Source: Oscillibacter sp.
GTDB lineage: Bacteria > Bacillota > Clostridia > Oscillospirales > Oscillospiraceae
DNA: 64,000 bases
Direction of reading: 5' to 3'
Assembly: GCA_017469475.1 (NCBI GenBank)
Contig: JAFUGI010000078.1
Span: forward strand, 1,912 to 65,911
A program made the position numbers and the translations under genes. The stretch's first letter is position 1; the number at the start of each line of letters is the position of its first letter. A model generated the notes under the pieces. The model saw only the letters and a program-made list of their open reading frames with translations, had not been told where the DNA came from and did not search any database. Shown here piece after piece: positions 1 through 9,570 of this stretch.

Positions 1-1
1 G

Positions 2-1417
2 GTACACACCCTGCTGGGGGAAAACGGCGCCGGGAAATCCACCCTCATGAACATCCTCATCGGGCTCTACCAGCCCACGGAGGGCAAGATCTTCCTGAAC
101 GGAAAGGAAGTGCGCATCGAGTCTCCCAGCCAGGCCGTGGCCCTGGGCATCGGGATGGTGTACCAGCACTTCATGCTGGTGGAGGCCATGACGGTCTTTG
201 AGAACATCATCCTGGGGGGCCGCAACTCCTCCGGCATCTTCATCGACCGGGAGGCCCGGCGCAAAGAGATCCTGGAGCTTTCGGAGCGGTACGGACTGGA
301 TGTGGAGCTGGACAAGCTCATCACGGAGATCTCCGTGGGCGCCCAGCAGCGGGTGGAGATCCTCAAGGCCCTGTACCACGGGGCGGAGCTGCTCATTTTG
401 GACGAGCCCTCCGCCGCCCTGACGGACATCGAGGTGGAGGGGCTCTTCGCCATCATGCGCAAGCTCATCGGCGAGGGCAAGAGCATCATCTTCATCAGCC
501 ACAAGATGCGGGAGGTGCTGCATATCTCCGACCGCATCACCATCCTTCGCGCCGGCCAGGTGGTGACCACCGTGGACCGTGCGGAGACGGACGGCCAGGC
601 CCTGGCCAGCATGATGATCGGCCGGGAGCTGAGCGGCTCCCACTATGAAAAGCGCGTCTCCAAAGACCGCCCCGTGGTCCGGCTGGACCGGGTGGACTAC
701 GACAAGGCCTCCAAGCACAACGGCCTGAACGGTGTTTCGCTGGAGGTCCGCCAAGGCGAGATCGTGGGCATCGCCGGGGTGGACGGCAACGGCCAGACCC
801 AGCTGGCCCAGCTGGTCACCGGCGTCATCGCCCCCCAGAGCGGGGCCATCTCCTTCGACGAAAAGCACGTGGCGGTGTTCGACCCCTCCGCCTTCATCGA
901 AAGCGGCGTGGCCCACGTGCCGGAGGATCGAAACCTCCAAGGCCTCATCGGCAGCATGTCCGTTGCGGACAACCTGGTGCTCAAATCCACCGGCACCTCC
1001 GCCTTCAGCAAGTGGCGGGGGCTGCTGCTGAAAAAGAACGCCATCGGGGACTACTCCCGCAAAATGGCCCAGCGGTACGACATCCGCTGCACCTCCGTGG
1101 ACCAGGACGTGCGCAGTCTCTCCGGCGGCAACCAGCAAAAGGTCATCCTGGCCCGGGAGCTGGAGTCCGACCCCAGTTTGCTGGTGGCGGCCCACCCCAC
1201 CCGGGGACTGGACATCGGCGCCACCCGCTTTGTCCACGACCAGATGATCGCCGCCCGGGACCGGGGGGTGGGCATCCTGCTCATCAGCGCCGATTTCGAC
1301 GAGATCCTGGAGATGTCCGACCGGATCCTGGTGATCTTTGAGGGCCAGATCATGGGGGAGTTCTCCGGCGAGAACCCGCCCATCGAGGAGATCAGCCTGG
1401 CCATGACCGGCCGGTGA
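2..1417 (+). CDS. ABC transporter ATP-binding protein, tandem-NBD sugar/nucleoside type; 5' end lies outside the window
   Basis: Frame open from base 2 with Walker A GENGAGKST upstream of the ORF-track Met; second NBD with LSGGNQQK signature. Confidence 0.93.
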   Translation, partial: VHTLLGENGAGKSTLMNILIGLYQPTEGKIFLNGKEVRIESPSQAVALGIGMVYQHFMLVEAMTVFENIILGGRNSSGIFIDREARRKEILELSERYGLDVELDKLITEISVGAQQRVEILKALYHGAELLILDEPSAALTDIEVEGLFAIMRKLIGEGKSIIFISHKMREVLHISDRITILRAGQVVTTVDRAETDGQALASMMIGRELSGSHYEKRVSKDRPVVRLDRVDYDKASKHNGLNGVSLEVRQGEIVGIAGVDGNGQTQLAQLVTGVIAPQSGAISFDEKHVAVFDPSAFIESGVAHVPEDRNLQGLIGSMSVADNLVLKSTGTSAFSKWRGLLLKKNAIGDYSRKMAQRYDIRCTSVDQDVRSLSGGNQQKVILARELESDPSLLVAAHPTRGLDIGATRFVHDQMIAARDRGVGILLISADFDEILEMSDRILVIFEGQIMGEFSGENPPIEEISLAMTGR

Positions 1418-1432
1418 GGAGGGAGGATGCAT

Positions 1433-2509
1433 ATGGAAAAACTGAAACGATCCCTGACCGCCTTCATCGTGCCGGTGCTGTCCATCCTGCTGGCCTTTGC
1501 CATCGGCGCGGTCATCATGGCGCTGCTGGGGGCCAGCCCCGTTCAGGCGCTGCAATACCTGCTCAAGGGCGCCTTCGGCTCCCGGGCCAACATCGGCACC
1601 ACTCTCTCCCGGGCCACGCCCCTGATGTTCACCGCCCTTTGCGCCTGCTTTGCCTATAAGTGCGGCGTGTTCAACCTGGGCGGCGAGGGGCAGTTCATCA
1701 TCGGCTCCGTGGCCGCGTGCTACGTGGCTCTTCGCTCCGGCATCACCGGGCCCGCCGCCGCCATTTTGTGCCTCATCGCGGGGGCCCTGGCCGGCGGACT
1801 GTGGGGCGCCGTGCCCGGGGCGCTGAAGATCACCCGGGGGCAGAACGAGATGATCATCTCCATCATGCTCAACTATGTCGCCACCCTCTTCATGGGCGTG
1901 GTGTACACCAACTGGCTGCGGGACGCCAGCGTACCTCAGACGGAGGCCGTGCCCGAGGCCACCCAGCTGCCCCGGGTCGTCACCGGGATGCGCTTTACCT
2001 GGGCGCTGGTCATCGCCGTTGCCGTGGGTCTTTTGCTGTACTACTTCCTCTTCTGGACCTCCACGGGGTTCAAGCTCCGGGCGGTGGGCTTCAACATGAC
2101 CGCAAGCCGCTTCAACGGCTTCCCCATCAAGCGCTACATCCTCACAAGCTTCATCGTCTCCGGCGCCATTGCGGGGCTGGGCGGCGCGGCGGAGCTTCTC
2201 GGCACCCAGCTGCGGCTCATCAACGGCTTCGGCGCGGGCTACGGGTTCGACGGCGTGGCCATGGCCCTCATCGGCCAGCTCCACCCCATCGCAACCATGC
2301 TCGTTGCCGTGTTCTTCGCGGCGCTGCGCACCGGCTCCACCACCATGCAGGCCGCCACGGGCGTGCCCACCAGCGTGTCGGACATCATCCAAGCGCTGGT
2401 GATCGTGTTCTCCGTGGCGGGCATGGCCCTGGTGAAGCTGCCGGAGTTCGAGGCGTTCCGCCTGCGCGTCTTCGGCAAGCGCGGCAGAAAGGAGGGGGTG
2501 AAGGCATGA
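1433..2509 (+). CDS. ABC transporter permease (nucleoside/simple sugar type)
   Basis: GVFNLGGEGQ and G.GFDG motifs, multiple TM segments; GGAGG RBS 6 nt before ATG 1433. Confidence 0.9.
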   Translation: MEKLKRSLTAFIVPVLSILLAFAIGAVIMALLGASPVQALQYLLKGAFGSRANIGTTLSRATPLMFTALCACFAYKCGVFNLGGEGQFIIGSVAACYVALRSGITGPAAAILCLIAGALAGGLWGAVPGALKITRGQNEMIISIMLNYVATLFMGVVYTNWLRDASVPQTEAVPEATQLPRVVTGMRFTWALVIAVAVGLLLYYFLFWTSTGFKLRAVGFNMTASRFNGFPIKRYILTSFIVSGAIAGLGGAAELLGTQLRLINGFGAGYGFDGVAMALIGQLHPIATMLVAVFFAALRTGSTTMQAATGVPTSVSDIIQALVIVFSVAGMALVKLPEFEAFRLRVFGKRGRKEGVKA

Positions 2510-3429
2510 GCTTTGTATCCAATCTGCTGCTGGCCACCGTCCGCATGGCGGTGCCCCTGCTCTTCATCGCCCTGGCGGAGCTGTACTCCGAGCGGGCCGG
2601 CATGGTGAACATCGGCCTGGAGGGCCTTGCCGCCATCGGGTCCCTGGTGGGCTTTCTCGTGTGCTTCATCTCCGGAAGCACGTGGCTGGGCATTTTGTGC
2701 GGCGCCCTGGCGGGCATCGCCGTGAACATGATCTACGCCGTCGCCACCGTCTCCCTCTGCGCGGACCACACGGTGTACGGCATGGCCATGAACATCTTCG
2801 CCCCGGCCCTGGCCTCCTTTATCTACCGGGTCTACTTCGGCGCCGGCAGCGACCTGAGCCAGATCGAGCTGATGCGGGGCATCGGCCTGCCCGTGCTCAA
2901 GGACATCCCCTTCCTGGGCGACCTGCTCTTCAACCAGACGCCCATGGTGTACATTGCCTTTGCCCTGGTGGCCTTCACGGTGGTCTTCTTCAACAAGACC
3001 CGGGCGGGACTGAACTACAAGTCCGTGGGCGAGCACCCCAAGGCCGCGGCCACTCTGGGTATCGACGTGATCCGGGTGAAGTACCTGGCCTGCGTGATCT
3101 GCGGTGCCCTGGCGGGCATCGGCGGGGCCTATCTCACCACCTGCTATTCCAACACCTATTCCGAGGGCACGGTGGCCGGCCGGGGCTTCATCGCCCTGGC
3201 GGCGGTGATCTTCGGCCGGTGGAGCGGCGGCGGCGTGCTGCTGGCGTGCCTGTTCTTCGGCTTTTGCGACGCGCTGCAGATCCGTCTGCAGGTGGCCTCC
3301 TTCGGCCTTCCCTACCAGTTCTTCCAGATGATCCCGTACCTTGCCACCATCGTGGTGCTGGCCGCCATCGGTGCAAAGAAGGCCGGTCCCAAGGCCAGCG
3401 GCAAGCCCTACCGCCGGGAGGAGCGGTGA
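2506..3429 (+). CDS. ABC transporter permease, second subunit
   Basis: ATGA overlap with previous stop; SERAGMVNIGLEG and GRGFIALAAVIFGRW motifs. True start MSFVSN lies inside the ORF-track 1660..3429 frame. Confidence 0.9.
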   Translation: MSFVSNLLLATVRMAVPLLFIALAELYSERAGMVNIGLEGLAAIGSLVGFLVCFISGSTWLGILCGALAGIAVNMIYAVATVSLCADHTVYGMAMNIFAPALASFIYRVYFGAGSDLSQIELMRGIGLPVLKDIPFLGDLLFNQTPMVYIAFALVAFTVVFFNKTRAGLNYKSVGEHPKAAATLGIDVIRVKYLACVICGALAGIGGAYLTTCYSNTYSEGTVAGRGFIALAAVIFGRWSGGGVLLACLFFGFCDALQIRLQVASFGLPYQFFQMIPYLATIVVLAAIGAKKAGPKASGKPYRREER

Positions 3430-3566
3430 GTTTCCACGGCGCCTCCGGCCCCATGGGGCCCCAAGGGGCGATCCCGCGGTGAGCGCCGCGGGCACAGACC
3501 AGATCCAATTCCGCCTGCGGCGATCGCAGGCGGCTGATGGATATATGAAAAAAGGAGGATCTCAAG

Positions 3567-4646
3567 ATGAAAAAACTGATCGCACTTATCCTGGCGCTGG
3601 CCATGTCTCTTGCACTGGCGGCCTGCGGCGGGAGCAGCTCCGGGAGCGGCTCCGGCAGCGCGTCCGGCTCCAGCGGTGGCAGCAGCGGCGGCTCCGCCTC
3701 CGGCGGCGCGTCCGAGGCCAAGACCTACAAGGTGGCCATGATCTGCGACTCCAGCATCTCCGACGGCGGCTGGGGCGCCGCCTGCTACAACGCCATGATC
3801 GACGCCGCCGCCAAGAAGGGCTGGGAGACGGCCTACACCGACTCCATCGCCCAGAGCGAATACTATGATTCCATCGCGTCCTACTGCTCCCTGGGCTACG
3901 ATATGATCTACGCCCCCGGCAACCAGTATACCGACGCCGTGCTCCAGGCTGCCGAGGAGTATCCCGACATCGCCTTCGCCCTGCTCAACGGCGCGGAAAG
4001 CACCCCCGCCAAGGCCAAGAACGGCAACGTCTCCTCCCTGCTGCCCAACGCCCAGCAGATCGGCTGGATCGCCGGCGCGCTGGCGGGCCTGATGACCGAA
4101 AGCGGCACCATCGCCTTCATCGGCGGCATGGAGCTGGACACCACCAAGGCCAAGTACGCCGGCTTCGGCGAGGCCGCATCCTATGTGGCCGCCCAGGAGG
4201 GCAAGACCGTGAAGCTGCTGGACTGCGTGTACGCCGGCTCCTTCGATGACTCCGCCAAGGGCATCGAGTTTGCCAACGCCATGATCGACCAGGGCGCGGA
4301 CGTCTTCTTCGGCGACGCCTCCGCCGTGGACTCCGGCGCCCGCCAGGCCATCGACAACACCAACAAGGCCGCCGGCTCCGTGAAGATCTACGACATTGCC
4401 CAGCCCGCCGACATCCTGGGCCAGAACGAGTGCATCATCTGCTCCCAGGTGACGGACAACTCCGCCATGATCGCCGCCTCTATGGAGGCGGTGGAGGCCG
4501 GCTCCTTTGGCGGCGAGACTCTGTACGGCTCCCTCCAGAACGGCGCCCTCTCCGCCGGCGCCATCAGCGACCTGGTGCCCAAGGACATCCAGGACAAGTA
4601 TCAGGCCTATCTGGACCAGATGGTCAGCGACACCTTCATGAAGTGA
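3567..4646 (+). CDS. BMP-family ABC substrate-binding lipoprotein (purine nucleoside-binding type)
   Basis: Lipobox LAAC, Gly/Ser linker, BMP motifs (D.GW...YN, GWIAG.LAG); AGGAGG RBS. Confidence 0.88.
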   Translation: MKKLIALILALAMSLALAACGGSSSGSGSGSASGSSGGSSGGSASGGASEAKTYKVAMICDSSISDGGWGAACYNAMIDAAAKKGWETAYTDSIAQSEYYDSIASYCSLGYDMIYAPGNQYTDAVLQAAEEYPDIAFALLNGAESTPAKAKNGNVSSLLPNAQQIGWIAGALAGLMTESGTIAFIGGMELDTTKAKYAGFGEAASYVAAQEGKTVKLLDCVYAGSFDDSAKGIEFANAMIDQGADVFFGDASAVDSGARQAIDNTNKAAGSVKIYDIAQPADILGQNECIICSQVTDNSAMIAASMEAVEAGSFGGETLYGSLQNGALSAGAISDLVPKDIQDKYQAYLDQMVSDTFMK

Positions 4647-4664
4647 CCCCTCCGGCAATTCTGC

Positions 4665-4698
4665 GGGACCGCGGCGCATGCGCCGCGGTCCCTTTTTT
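4665..4698 (+). terminator. Intrinsic terminator (28-bp perfect palindrome + T6)
   Basis: GGGACCGCGGCGCATGCGCCGCGGTCCC followed by TTTTTT. Confidence 0.85.
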
Positions 4699-4736
4699 GC
4701 GCCGACGGCATTGCGTTCGACACATGTCCAACTTTT

Positions 4737-4817
4737 TTGTGTAATTTTTCACAAAATTAGCGCCTGAAATGTGAATATTATCACAATATTGACAGATTCT
4801 GCAAAATGCGCTATTTT
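4737..4817 (+). promoter_or_regulatory. Sigma70 promoter of TRAP operon 1 with two upstream Rex/CRP-FNR-type boxes
   Basis: TTGACA(4789)-17-TATTTT(4812); TTGTGTA-ATTT-TTCACAA at 4737-4754 and ATGTGAA-TATT-ATCACAA at 4769-4786. Confidence 0.65.
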
Positions 4818-4913
4818 AATTAAAGAGCAAGTTAACCGTTACGGCAGACTTGCGCAACAGCGCGACTATGGATCTGCCCGGTCGCGCAACATCTTTTTAA
4901 GGGGGAATTCAAG

Positions 4914-5948
4914 ATGAAAAAGAAACTGATGGCCGCCATGCTGGCACTGGTGATGGTAGCCGGCATGCTGGCCGGCTGCGGCGGAAACAGCGGCTCCGGC
5001 GGCGGCTCTGCCTCCGGCGGTTCCACCGGCGGCTCCGCTCCTGAGTACGAATGGAAGCTGGCCCTCAACGGCACCACCGGCGAGGTGGCCTACGACATGG
5101 GTCAGTTCTTCGCTGACAAGGTGGCCGAGCTCACCGACGGCCGGGTCAAGGTCACGCTGTACGGCGGCGCGGCTCTGGGCACCACCACTGAGGTGCTGGA
5201 GGGCATGTCCGCCAAGGTGGCCGACGCGTGCGTGGAATCCGTGGGCACCCTGGCTCCCTTCACCGAGCTTGCCAACATCGACGCCATGCCCTACATGTAC
5301 ACCGGCGGCTATGAGCACTTCGCCAAGGTGTGGAGCAGCGACCTGGGCCACAGCATCCTCCAGGACGTGGGCGACGCCGCCAACTTCAAGCTGATGGGCG
5401 CCTGCTACCGCGGCGCCCGCGTGGTCACCGCCACCAAGAAGATGGTCACGCTGGACGATTTCAAGGGCTTCAAGCTCCGCGCTCCCAACCTGGACATGTA
5501 CGTCAAGACCTGGCAGTGGCTGGGCGCCGCCCCCACTCCCCTGGCCATGGGCGAGGTGTATCCCGCGCTGCAGCAGGGCACCGTTGAGGGCCAGGAGAAC
5601 TCCATCCTGGACTCCAGCAACTACTCCATCCAGGAAGTGTGCAAGTACTGGATCCTGACCAACCACGTCTACAGCGCCAACACCGTCATCATGGACAAGA
5701 CCTACTTCGAGTCTCTGCCCGCCGACATCCAGGCCGCCGTGCAGGAGGCGTCTGAGTACGCCGCCGAGCAGGCAAGCCAGGAGGTCCTTGCCAACGAGGG
5801 CGCCAAGCGCGCCGAGCTGGAGAAAGACTTCGGCGTGGAGTTCGTGGATGTGGACAACGCCGCCTTCGGCGCCGCTTTCGACGGCTTCGCGGAGCAGAAC
5901 TTCCCCGCCCTGGCCGACTGGGCCAACGCGATCCGCGCCATGGCGTAA
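4914..5948 (+). CDS. dctP: TRAP transporter substrate-binding lipoprotein
   Basis: Lipobox LAGC; KLRAP, GEVYPALQQGTVEGQEN, LTNH motifs. Confidence 0.93.
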   Translation: MKKKLMAAMLALVMVAGMLAGCGGNSGSGGGSASGGSTGGSAPEYEWKLALNGTTGEVAYDMGQFFADKVAELTDGRVKVTLYGGAALGTTTEVLEGMSAKVADACVESVGTLAPFTELANIDAMPYMYTGGYEHFAKVWSSDLGHSILQDVGDAANFKLMGACYRGARVVTATKKMVTLDDFKGFKLRAPNLDMYVKTWQWLGAAPTPLAMGEVYPALQQGTVEGQENSILDSSNYSIQEVCKYWILTNHVYSANTVIMDKTYFESLPADIQAAVQEASEYAAEQASQEVLANEGAKRAELEKDFGVEFVDVDNAAFGAAFDGFAEQNFPALADWANAIRAMA

Positions 5949-5986
5949 TGGGCGCCATCCCCTGTTCTAAAGGAGTGTCGTGAAGA

Positions 5987-6487
5987 ATGCTGAAGGCTTA
6001 CTCTAAATTTCTGGACGGGATCGAGAAGCTCATCCGGGCGCTGCTCTTTTTGACAGTGGCCGTGATGGTGGTGGTGATGGTATATCAGGTCATCCTGCGC
6101 TACATCTTCTCGGCCTCCAACTCCTGGAGCGAGGAGCTTTGCCGCTACCTCTTCATCTACAGCGTGATGTTCGGCGCGGCCATCGCCGTGCGCCGCAACA
6201 GCCACCTGCAGATCGACGTGGTGACCGGGCTTCTCAGCGAGCGGATGAAAAAGATCATCACCATCATTGCGACCGCCGCCGGCATCGTGTTTTTGGGGTT
6301 CCTCTTCGCCTACTCCATCACCCTCTGCCAAACGGCCACCCGCACCATGTCGGCGGGCCTTCCGGGTGTCAACATGGCCATGGCCTACGCGGCTATGCCC
6401 ATCGGCATCGTGCTGATGGTGCTTTGCAGCATCGAGGTCATCATCCGCTGCATCGAAGAGCTGCGCGGCAGCGGAAAGGGGGAGTGA
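5987..6487 (+). CDS. dctQ: TRAP transporter small permease
   Basis: 4 TM; RY..WSEEL.RY and HL.ID motifs; operon position. Confidence 0.92.
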   Translation: MLKAYSKFLDGIEKLIRALLFLTVAVMVVVMVYQVILRYIFSASNSWSEELCRYLFIYSVMFGAAIAVRRNSHLQIDVVTGLLSERMKKIITIIATAAGIVFLGFLFAYSITLCQTATRTMSAGLPGVNMAMAYAAMPIGIVLMVLCSIEVIIRCIEELRGSGKGE

Positions 6488-6491
6488 GGAT

Positions 6492-7769
6492 ATGAACGTC
6501 GGCGTGCTTTTGATCCTGCTCCTGCTGGTGCTGGCCTTTGTGGGCCTTCCCATTTACATCGCCCTGGGCATCGCTACGCTGGTGACGCTAAACATGGCGG
6601 GCCTTCCCGCCATCGTGCTGCCCCAGAAGTTTTTTGCGGGCATGAATTCCAGTTCGCTTCTGGCCATCCCGTTCTTCATTCTGGCGGGCAACATCATGTC
6701 CCGCAGCATCACGGGCAAGCTTATCGAGATCTGCAACGCCTTCATCGGCCACATCAAGGGAAGCCTGGGCGTTGTGACGGTGGTGGCCTCCGCCCTGTTC
6801 GGCGCCATCTCCGGCTCCGGCGTGGCCACGGCCTCCGCCATCGGCGGCATCACCATCCCCGCCATGAAGGACGAGGGCTACCCCGCCGAGTTCGGCGCGG
6901 GCATCGCCTCCATCTCCTCCATTCTGGGGCCCATCATCCCGCCGTCCATCGTGCTGATCGTCTACGCCAGCATCACCAACATCTCCGTTGCGAAGCTCTT
7001 TTTGGGCTCCGCCCTGCCGGGCATGATCCTGGCAGGCTCCCTGGTGATCTATGCCCTGGTCTATGGCAAGCGGCACAACTTCCCCTCCCATGAAAAGACC
7101 ACCGGCCGGCAGAAGGTCCACTCCCTCACCAGCGGCATCTGGGCGCTGCTGATGCCGGTCATCATCCTGGGCGGCATCTTCGGCGGCATCTACACCGCCA
7201 CCGAGGCGGCGGCCATCGCCGTGGCCTATTCCCTCATCATCAGTCTCTTCGTCTATCGGGACATGAAGTTCTCCGAGCTTCCCGGCGTGTTTGCCGAGGG
7301 CGCCATCTCCACGGCGGCCATCATGATGATGGTGGGCCTGTCCAAGGCCTCCAGCTACGTGGTGACCACCTCGGGCCTGCCCCAGAGCCTGGTGGAGACC
7401 TTCAGCTCCCTGACCAACAGCCCCATCGTGATCTTGCTGCTGCTGAACATCGTGTTCCTCATCATCGGCATGCTGATGGAAGCCAACGCGGCGGTGGTGA
7501 TGATGACGCCCATCCTCCTGCCCCTGCTGACGGCCTACAACATCGACCTTTTGCAGTTCGGCATCGTGATGAGCTTCAACCTGTGCATCGGGCTTGTGAC
7601 GCCGCCGGTGGGCCTGTGCCTGCTGATCTGCAACCAGATCGCCAACACCAGCCTTGCCAAAGCCCTCAAGGCCATGATGCCCATGCTGCTCATCTCTATC
7701 ATCGTGCTCTTCCTCATCACCTATGTCTCGCCGCTGACCACGCTGCTGCCTGCGCTGCTGCGAGGATAA
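6492..7769 (+). CDS. dctM: TRAP transporter large permease
   Basis: LLAIPFFILAG, FGAISGS, IIPPS, TPPVG motifs. Confidence 0.94.
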   Translation: MNVGVLLILLLLVLAFVGLPIYIALGIATLVTLNMAGLPAIVLPQKFFAGMNSSSLLAIPFFILAGNIMSRSITGKLIEICNAFIGHIKGSLGVVTVVASALFGAISGSGVATASAIGGITIPAMKDEGYPAEFGAGIASISSILGPIIPPSIVLIVYASITNISVAKLFLGSALPGMILAGSLVIYALVYGKRHNFPSHEKTTGRQKVHSLTSGIWALLMPVIILGGIFGGIYTATEAAAIAVAYSLIISLFVYRDMKFSELPGVFAEGAISTAAIMMMVGLSKASSYVVTTSGLPQSLVETFSSLTNSPIVILLLLNIVFLIIGMLMEANAAVVMMTPILLPLLTAYNIDLLQFGIVMSFNLCIGLVTPPVGLCLLICNQIANTSLAKALKAMMPMLLISIIVLFLITYVSPLTTLLPALLRG

Positions 7770-7871
7770 CATCCCTTGTAAGCCTCGTTTCGCAGGAGTA
7801 GACTCGCATATCGCGGCGGCATTGAGCCGCATTGGTCGGTGTGTAGCCCCGCTTTGCCCGGCCCAGGGTGT

Positions 7872-7898
7872 TTTTGCGGCGGCTTTGCCGCCGCAAAA
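7872..7898. repeat. REP-like hairpin (12-bp stem, GCGGC-RAA-GCCGC family) in a structured intergenic block
   Basis: TTTTGCGGCGGC-TTT-GCCGCCGCAAAA; related cores at 25148 and 60222. Confidence 0.55.
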
Positions 7899-7993
7899 GC
7901 GGAGCTTCCTTCCCTTCGGAGCGAAGTGCCAAGCGGTGCGATCGCGGCTTTCGCGATCCGCTGCGCAGGGGTAAGACAGAAAGGAGAAGTGTT

Positions 7994-8878
7994 ATGCCAA
8001 AGATCGGTTTTCTCGGGATGGGCGTGATGGGCCTGCCCATGGCCAAAAACGTGGTCAAAAAATCCGGCTGTGAGGTGCTGGGCTACGACGTGGTGGAAAA
8101 ACAGCGCACAGCCTTCGCGGAGGCCGGCGGCATCGCGGTGGAGGACCCGATGGAGATCTACACCACCTGCGATGTCATCATGCAGATCCTGCCCACCCAT
8201 CCCATCATCATCGACTCGGTGGAAAAAGCCGTGCAGTACGGCAAGCCCGGCCGCATCATCATCGACCTGAGCTCCACCGCGCCGGACATCATTCTGGACC
8301 TGTACGCCAAGGTGAAGGCGGCGGGCATGTCCCTGCTGGATTCCCCGGTCAGCGGCGGCAACCCCATGGCCATCGCCGGGACGCTGGCCATCATGACCGG
8401 CGGCGACCGGGAGGCCTTTGACCAGGCCCGCCCCCTGCTAGAGTGCATGGGGAGCCCCGTGTACGTGGGCAAGGCCGGCGCCGGCAGCGTGACCAAGCTG
8501 GTGAACAACATGATCGCCGGCGCGTATCTGGCCGCCATGGCGGAGGGGTACGCCTTCGCCGCCAAGGCAGGCATCGACCTGCAGACCACCTTCGAGGCCA
8601 CCAAGGGCGGCTTCGCCGGCGGCCCGCTGTACGCCAACAAGGTGCCCAAGATCATCGCCCGGGACTATGAACCCGGCGCCCGGATCGCCGTCCACCGCAA
8701 GGACATCCTCAACGCCAAGCACTACGCCCATTACCTGGGTGTGGACACGCCGGTGACGGATGTGACGCTGCACATCATGGACTGGATGAAGGACAACGGC
8801 TATATCGACATCGACCAGGCCGGTATGGTCAAGTACTTCGAGGACAAGATGGACGTCCAGGTGGGGCAGGAGCCCTAA
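7994..8878 (+). CDS. NAD(P)-dependent beta-hydroxyacid dehydrogenase (2-hydroxy-3-oxopropionate reductase / 3-hydroxyisobutyrate dehydrogenase family)
   Basis: IGFLGMGVMG, DSPVSGG, catalytic KLVNN; AAGGAG RBS before ATG 7994. Confidence 0.9.
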   Translation: MPKIGFLGMGVMGLPMAKNVVKKSGCEVLGYDVVEKQRTAFAEAGGIAVEDPMEIYTTCDVIMQILPTHPIIIDSVEKAVQYGKPGRIIIDLSSTAPDIILDLYAKVKAAGMSLLDSPVSGGNPMAIAGTLAIMTGGDREAFDQARPLLECMGSPVYVGKAGAGSVTKLVNNMIAGAYLAAMAEGYAFAAKAGIDLQTTFEATKGGFAGGPLYANKVPKIIARDYEPGARIAVHRKDILNAKHYAHYLGVDTPVTDVTLHIMDWMKDNGYIDIDQAGMVKYFEDKMDVQVGQEP

Positions 8879-8904
8879 TACTCTGCGCATCTCCCAGCAG
8901 CATC

Positions 8905-8940
8905 GCGGCCCGGAGGGAAGACCCTCCGGGCCGCAGTCTT
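8905..8940. terminator. 13-bp inverted repeat, probable bidirectional terminator
   Basis: GCGGCCCGGAGGG-AAGA-CCCTCCGGGCCGC between convergent genes. Confidence 0.7.
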
Positions 8941-9142
8941 TCCTTCAGCGGTCGGACACTGGGGATGCTGACTGTCGGCGGACACTTTAAGTGCTGTGCC
9001 GCCGATACGCTCTGCCTACTGCGCTGCCGGCAGATGCTTTGGGCACTATGCTGCCGGTGCGCTCCGGGTGCCGTGCTGTCAGCAGCAGTCACGCCGGGAC
9101 GTTGCGCCGGCGGCACGTCATGGCTCCGCAGCCGACCGCGCA

Positions 9143-9370
9143 TCACGCCATGGATTCTCCGATGCCAAAAAGCGAGGCGAACAGCAGCGGAAGGAGCAGC
9201 AGCGCCGCAAGGACCAGCGTCACAAGGTACCGCCGCCCATGCCGCCTGTCCAACAGCAGTCCGCCGACGGAGAGCAGCAACAACAGCACCCCTCCCCCGG
9301 CCATCCCGTCATAGAGAAGCTTTGGGATCTGGAACAGTGCCATCGTTCCGCCGATGGTATACAAACGCAT
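9143..9370 (-). CDS. Small (75 aa) two-TM membrane protein of unknown function
   Basis: Strong AGGAGGTGA RBS before ATG; MRLYTIGG...; two hydrophobic stretches separated by DRRHGRR. Confidence 0.65.
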   Translation of the reverse strand: MRLYTIGGTMALFQIPKLLYDGMAGGGVLLLLLSVGGLLLDRRHGRRYLVTLVLAALLLLPLLFASLFGIGESMA

Positions 9371-9395
9371 AAGGTCTTCACCTCCTGCCTGATTG

Positions 9396-9420
9396 GACGG
9401 CGAAGTATAAAAAAAGTTCC
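9396..9420 (-). promoter_or_regulatory. Putative ECF sigma-factor promoter
   Basis: GGAAC-N16-CGTC on minus strand just upstream of the RBS of the small membrane gene. Confidence 0.55.
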
Positions 9421-9570
9421 CACACCCGGGAAAGTGCCCTGATCCCGGCAAAACCGGCCTGGGCCCAGCAAAAAGCTGCTAATCTCAGAGAAAGCGAGGC
9501 CCCTATTCAAAGGAACAGCTCCCCACGGGGCAGGCGAAATCCCCTCCAGCCAAAACCGGCTCCCACAGCA

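Noticed and set aside
8829-9146. 105-aa ORF following the small membrane protein
   Set aside because: No RBS, atypical composition, runs through the terminator and into the convergent gene
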